This document shows, one piece after another, positions 60,482 through 64,000 of a stretch of DNA of 64,000 bases. The DNA comes from Eledone cirrhosa. Its lineage: Eukaryota. The stretch lies in assembly GCA_964016885.1 (NCBI GenBank), contig OZ024749.1, forward strand, positions 44,950,001 through 45,014,000. Direction: 5' to 3'. Under the pieces are notes generated by a model. That model ran no database searches, had not been told where the DNA came from, and saw nothing but the letters and a program-made list of their open reading frames with translations. Within the stretch, counting starts at the first letter, position 1; each line of letters starts with the position of its first letter. The position numbers were made by a program, and so were the translations under genes.

Positions 60482-60989
60482 TAAACGTTTTCCCCACTCA
60501 TCTAGTTAGACTAATGCTAATAGGTGAATCACAGTGTGGATGAGATATTTTATCGGAATTTTCCTGGATATTATTACGGTTCCAGATACATTTATTTCAA
60601 ATGTTATTGTCATAGATATTTATATAATTATATATTTTTAACATTTCATTCATGTTGAGCATTTGTCTCTACTCAGATGTGTAAATGTTCGCTTATCATA
60701 ACTCAAGATAGTGTTTGATATGCTCTTATTTCACACATTGTGTACTACTACTACTAATACTACTACTACAACTACTACTACTACTACCACAAACTAGATT
60801 ATAAAGAGTCAGAACAAATACCGCAAGTCATTGTTTTCCGACATTCTAACGGATCTGCTCAATCAATCGCCCCTCTTTTTTTGTTGTTGTTACACCTCAC
60901 ACCTATGTAGGTTTAGATGGCCCCCTCCAAGGTTATATCTCATTGGAGATTTCTTGGTTATCTAATGAGAGGGACCCCAGTCCTATCAT

Positions 60990-61133
60990 CTCATTTCTAC
61001 AGCTGAGTAAACTGGAGTAACGTGAAATAAAGTGTCTTGCTCAAGGAAACAACACATTACCCGGTCCGAGAATTGAACTCACAACTTTCGATTGCAAGCC
61101 GAATGCTCTAACCACTAAACCATGCGCCTTCAC
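60990..61133 (-). mobile_element. CORE-type SINE (family 2)
   Basis: gtgaaataaagtgtcttgctcaaggaaacaac plus A and B boxes in reverse. Confidence 0.82.
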
Positions 61134-61149
61134 TTTCCCTACTTAGTAA

Positions 61150-61760
61150 ATAAGTATTTCTAATTTAGGTACAATGCTAGCAATTTCGAAGAATTTATAC
61201 GTTGATTAAATCAACTCCAGTACTTGGTACTTCATTTTACCAAGCCCAGATGGATAGTGCAATTTTCGACCTTGGTGGAATTTGGTCTCAGAAAGTAAAG
61301 ACCCATAAGAAATAATTCAATCATTTCGTCCGTCTCTATGAATTCTGACAAACCGTCACATTATGAATGATAAGGATACTGGCTTCTAACTTAGACATGA
61401 AGCCGGCTATTGTTTATTATGGAGGGGAATTAGTACGTTATTTTATAGATTCAGAAATGCTGGAACATAAAGCTAAACTCCATGTGTTTAGAACTTCGTT
61501 TGTAGCGAGCCGAAACAAATGCTAACCGAGATTGCGAATTCATCAATAAGGATTACTTTACCAATGATTGCATTCATTTAGAAATTATGAATTAATTCAA
61601 CATAAAAATAACTACAGCATTAAATCGAATGAAGTGCATAACTATTACATATTTTAATGAGCCCAAAACGATGGAAGTTGAAGAGAGCCACGGTGGAATT
61701 TGAACAAGATACCGCAGGCAATTTCTCCGACTCTCATACGTCTATGTCTAACCTTACCAC
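61150..61760 (-). mobile_element. Several old degenerate SINE family 1-related copies
   Basis: Recurrent tttctaa..aggtacaa, tggtacttcatttt and ggtggaatttgaac remnants. Confidence 0.55.
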
Positions 61761-61982
61761 GAATCATGCTACTGGTATAAGAGACAGGTGTCATTGCTCT
61801 CATTGATAATCTGTTGGGTATTAGTCGTTTGATATGACGAATTTCGTTTATTCAATTATCAGGATTATATTTGTAATCTATTTGTATCGTGAAAGCTATT
61901 TACTTCTAAAGAAACATCAGCACTTTGCGTGATAAACTATATGACGAATATTAAAATGACTGATCTATCCACATTTATATGC

Positions 61983-62031
<49 letters not shown>

Positions 62032-62333
62032 TATATAGATATATGTAATTTCCTATTAAGCAAGAAAGTGCCTAGTTATGTAAATATAGACGTAGAGTTT
62101 TGATACACAGATTTATATTGATTCTATGTTATAGGAGCTTCCTCGTTGGTGATTGAACAAATCGCTATGATGAGCTCCGATGCAAATTATCCGCTCAGGT
62201 TTCATCACCTCAGTTGAGCAGTTATATAGGAAGCAAGATCAGAAAATTACGCTGGCATCTATTCCTCTGGCTTTGAACTGATCTAAGTTTTCAACTACCC
62301 ACACATGCACACACACACCCGTATATCCCAATA

Positions 62334-62367
<34 letters not shown>

Positions 62368-62424
62368 AGGAGGTTATAGTTCACTTGAAGCATTGTGTAA
62401 TGAGGTATAAACGTTTGTATATGT

Positions 62425-62674
62425 ATAATAAAGCCAAACAATGCAGGTATGGACATAGAATAAAGAATGCAAATGCAAAAGTTATTGTTGACAATTAGTC
62501 TTTTACCTTAGATTTATTTAAATGTCCTTAATTTTCGAGATAATATCTCGAAGAAGAGATATTATCTCGAAAATTAAGGACATTTTAATAAATCTAAGGT
62601 AAAAGACTAATTGTCAACAATATCTTTTGCATTTGCCTTCTATGTCCATACCTGCATTGTTTTGACTTTATTAT
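62425..62674. mobile_element. ~250 bp fold-back palindrome pivoting on an HHR core remnant
   Basis: Arms of about 120 bp with a 6-bp spacer (62550-62555). The right arm reads GAAGA-A-GAGAUA U UAUCUC-GAA-AAUU-A|AGG. Confidence 0.88.
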
Positions 62675-62761
62675 TACTATTATTAATTTTAATAATAGTA
62701 ACAATGGTGATCTTGATGATGACGCTATTAATAATAGTAATAATAATTATTAATAATAGTA

Positions 62762-62951
62762 ATAATTGTTTCTACTTTAGGCACAAGGCCAGCAATTACC
62801 CAGTTCATTACTGGTACTTTATTTTATCGACCCCTTAAGGATGAAAGGCAAAGTCAACCTCGGCGGGATTTGAACTCAGATCGTAAAGGGACGTAACTAT
62901 GCTGGAAAGCATGACGTCCGACCCTCTACCGATACTGCCAATCCACCGCCC
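62762..62951 (-). mobile_element. SINE family 1, full length, with TSD
   Basis: Flanks attaataatagtaataat. Confidence 0.93.
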
Positions 62952-62972
62952 TCAATTAATAATAGTAATAAT

Positions 62973-63525
62973 GATTTCATTTATTGGCCACAAGGACCGA
63001 CATATAGAGGACAATACAAAAGACTGGGACAGTGGGGTTTTTCAGAAAAATCGAGTACACAATATGAATAACAATAACAAAGTAACAATAACAAAGTAAC
63101 AATAACGTAACAATAAAATTACAACAAGAAAGAATTTCCCACCTAGGGATCGCTCAGGTACCCCACCAGTCCTAAACGACCCGACGCTTCGAGAGCACCC
63201 TGGAAGGGCACCCCTCTCCTCTTCAAATTTACCTACCTACAGCCGCATGACCAGAGTAGGCCCACTCACACGGGCCATTCTCGCCACATTCACCCACCTT
63301 TCAGCAAATGTACGGGGGGGGGGGCAGCACTTCTCTCTCCACCCTCACCTTCCTTACCAAGTGAAACTTGAAAAAGTTGATGAGGGATTGGCCGAAGAGA
63401 AAAGAGTCTGTCTTCAGTCCTTTCAACCTCGTCCACCATACAATCTCTTTCGCTACTGCCACCAGACAGAGGACAATTGCCTGCCCTTCCTGGCCAGAAG
63501 AACCGGCGGCGGGTCGATCTTCACT
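62973..63525 (-). mobile_element. 5'-truncated Tx1/L1-clade LINE 3' end
   Basis: Minus translation IVLCLVAVAKEIVWWTRLKGL..FAERWVNVARMARV..RL*. 3' UTR has AATAAA (62980-62985). Flanked by ataatagtaataat at 62959-62972 and 63526-63539. Confidence 0.85.
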
Positions 63526-63609
63526 ATAATAGTAATAATATTTAAAATTTTGTTATATCATTATTATATATTTTGACATAAGTGATGGTAACTATTTCAA
63601 TGTACATTA

Positions 63610-63875
63610 AAATGATAATAGTAATGATGATGATGATGATGATAGTGGTTTTGTTGGTGGTGGTGGTAATGGTGGTGGTGGAGGTGGTGGTGGTGGTGGT
63701 GATGATGATGATGATGATGATGATTGATTGAAATCAGAAAGAGGAGGATTGATTTGAAAACGAAGATGGTGATGTGATAATATTGACATGATGATGATGA
63801 TGATGATGATGATGTTGATAATGATGAAGCTGGTGGTGGTGCTGGTTATGGCGGCGGTGGTGTTTATGATGATGA
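63610..63875. repeat. (GAT)n/(GGT)n low-complexity region
   Basis: Directly visible. Confidence 0.9.
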
Positions 63876-64000
63876 CGTCAGTGTTTTCCTTAATTTGCCT
63901 CAAGTAAAATAAAATTGTTATCAAACAAGAGAAAACAGCCAAATATTATGATGGATTAAATTAGAATTATCTGCGATAAAATATAATTTTATAGGATCTA

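Overview
AT-rich, microsatellite-saturated eukaryotic DNA. The repeat content suggests a cephalopod/Octopus-type genome (inference). No host protein-coding gene can be supported, and most ORFs in the track are (TA)n/(CA)n/(GA)n artefacts. The window contains about 17 copies of a tRNA-headed ~185 bp SINE (several with target-site duplications, one tandem trimer), CORE-type SINEs, decayed Tx1/L1, RTE and CR1/L2-like LINE fragments, two MITEs, and a 1.3 kb 50-bp satellite apparently born inside a SINE head. The main hidden signal is a set of 100-300 bp islands embedded in (TA)n tracts. These belong to several distinct families, and many carry type I hammerhead ribozyme (HHR) folds (stem I-CUGAnGA-stem II-GAAA-short, often palindromic stem III-NUH-stem I'). 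About 15 intact or decayed motifs were found by eye, five of them within 27.9-28.9 kb. Many islands are fold-back inverted duplications that pivot at the ribozyme core. This fits non-autonomous or 5'-truncated Penelope-like (PLE) or retrozyme-type elements targeting TA microsatellites. All folds were derived by hand and none has been tested for activity.
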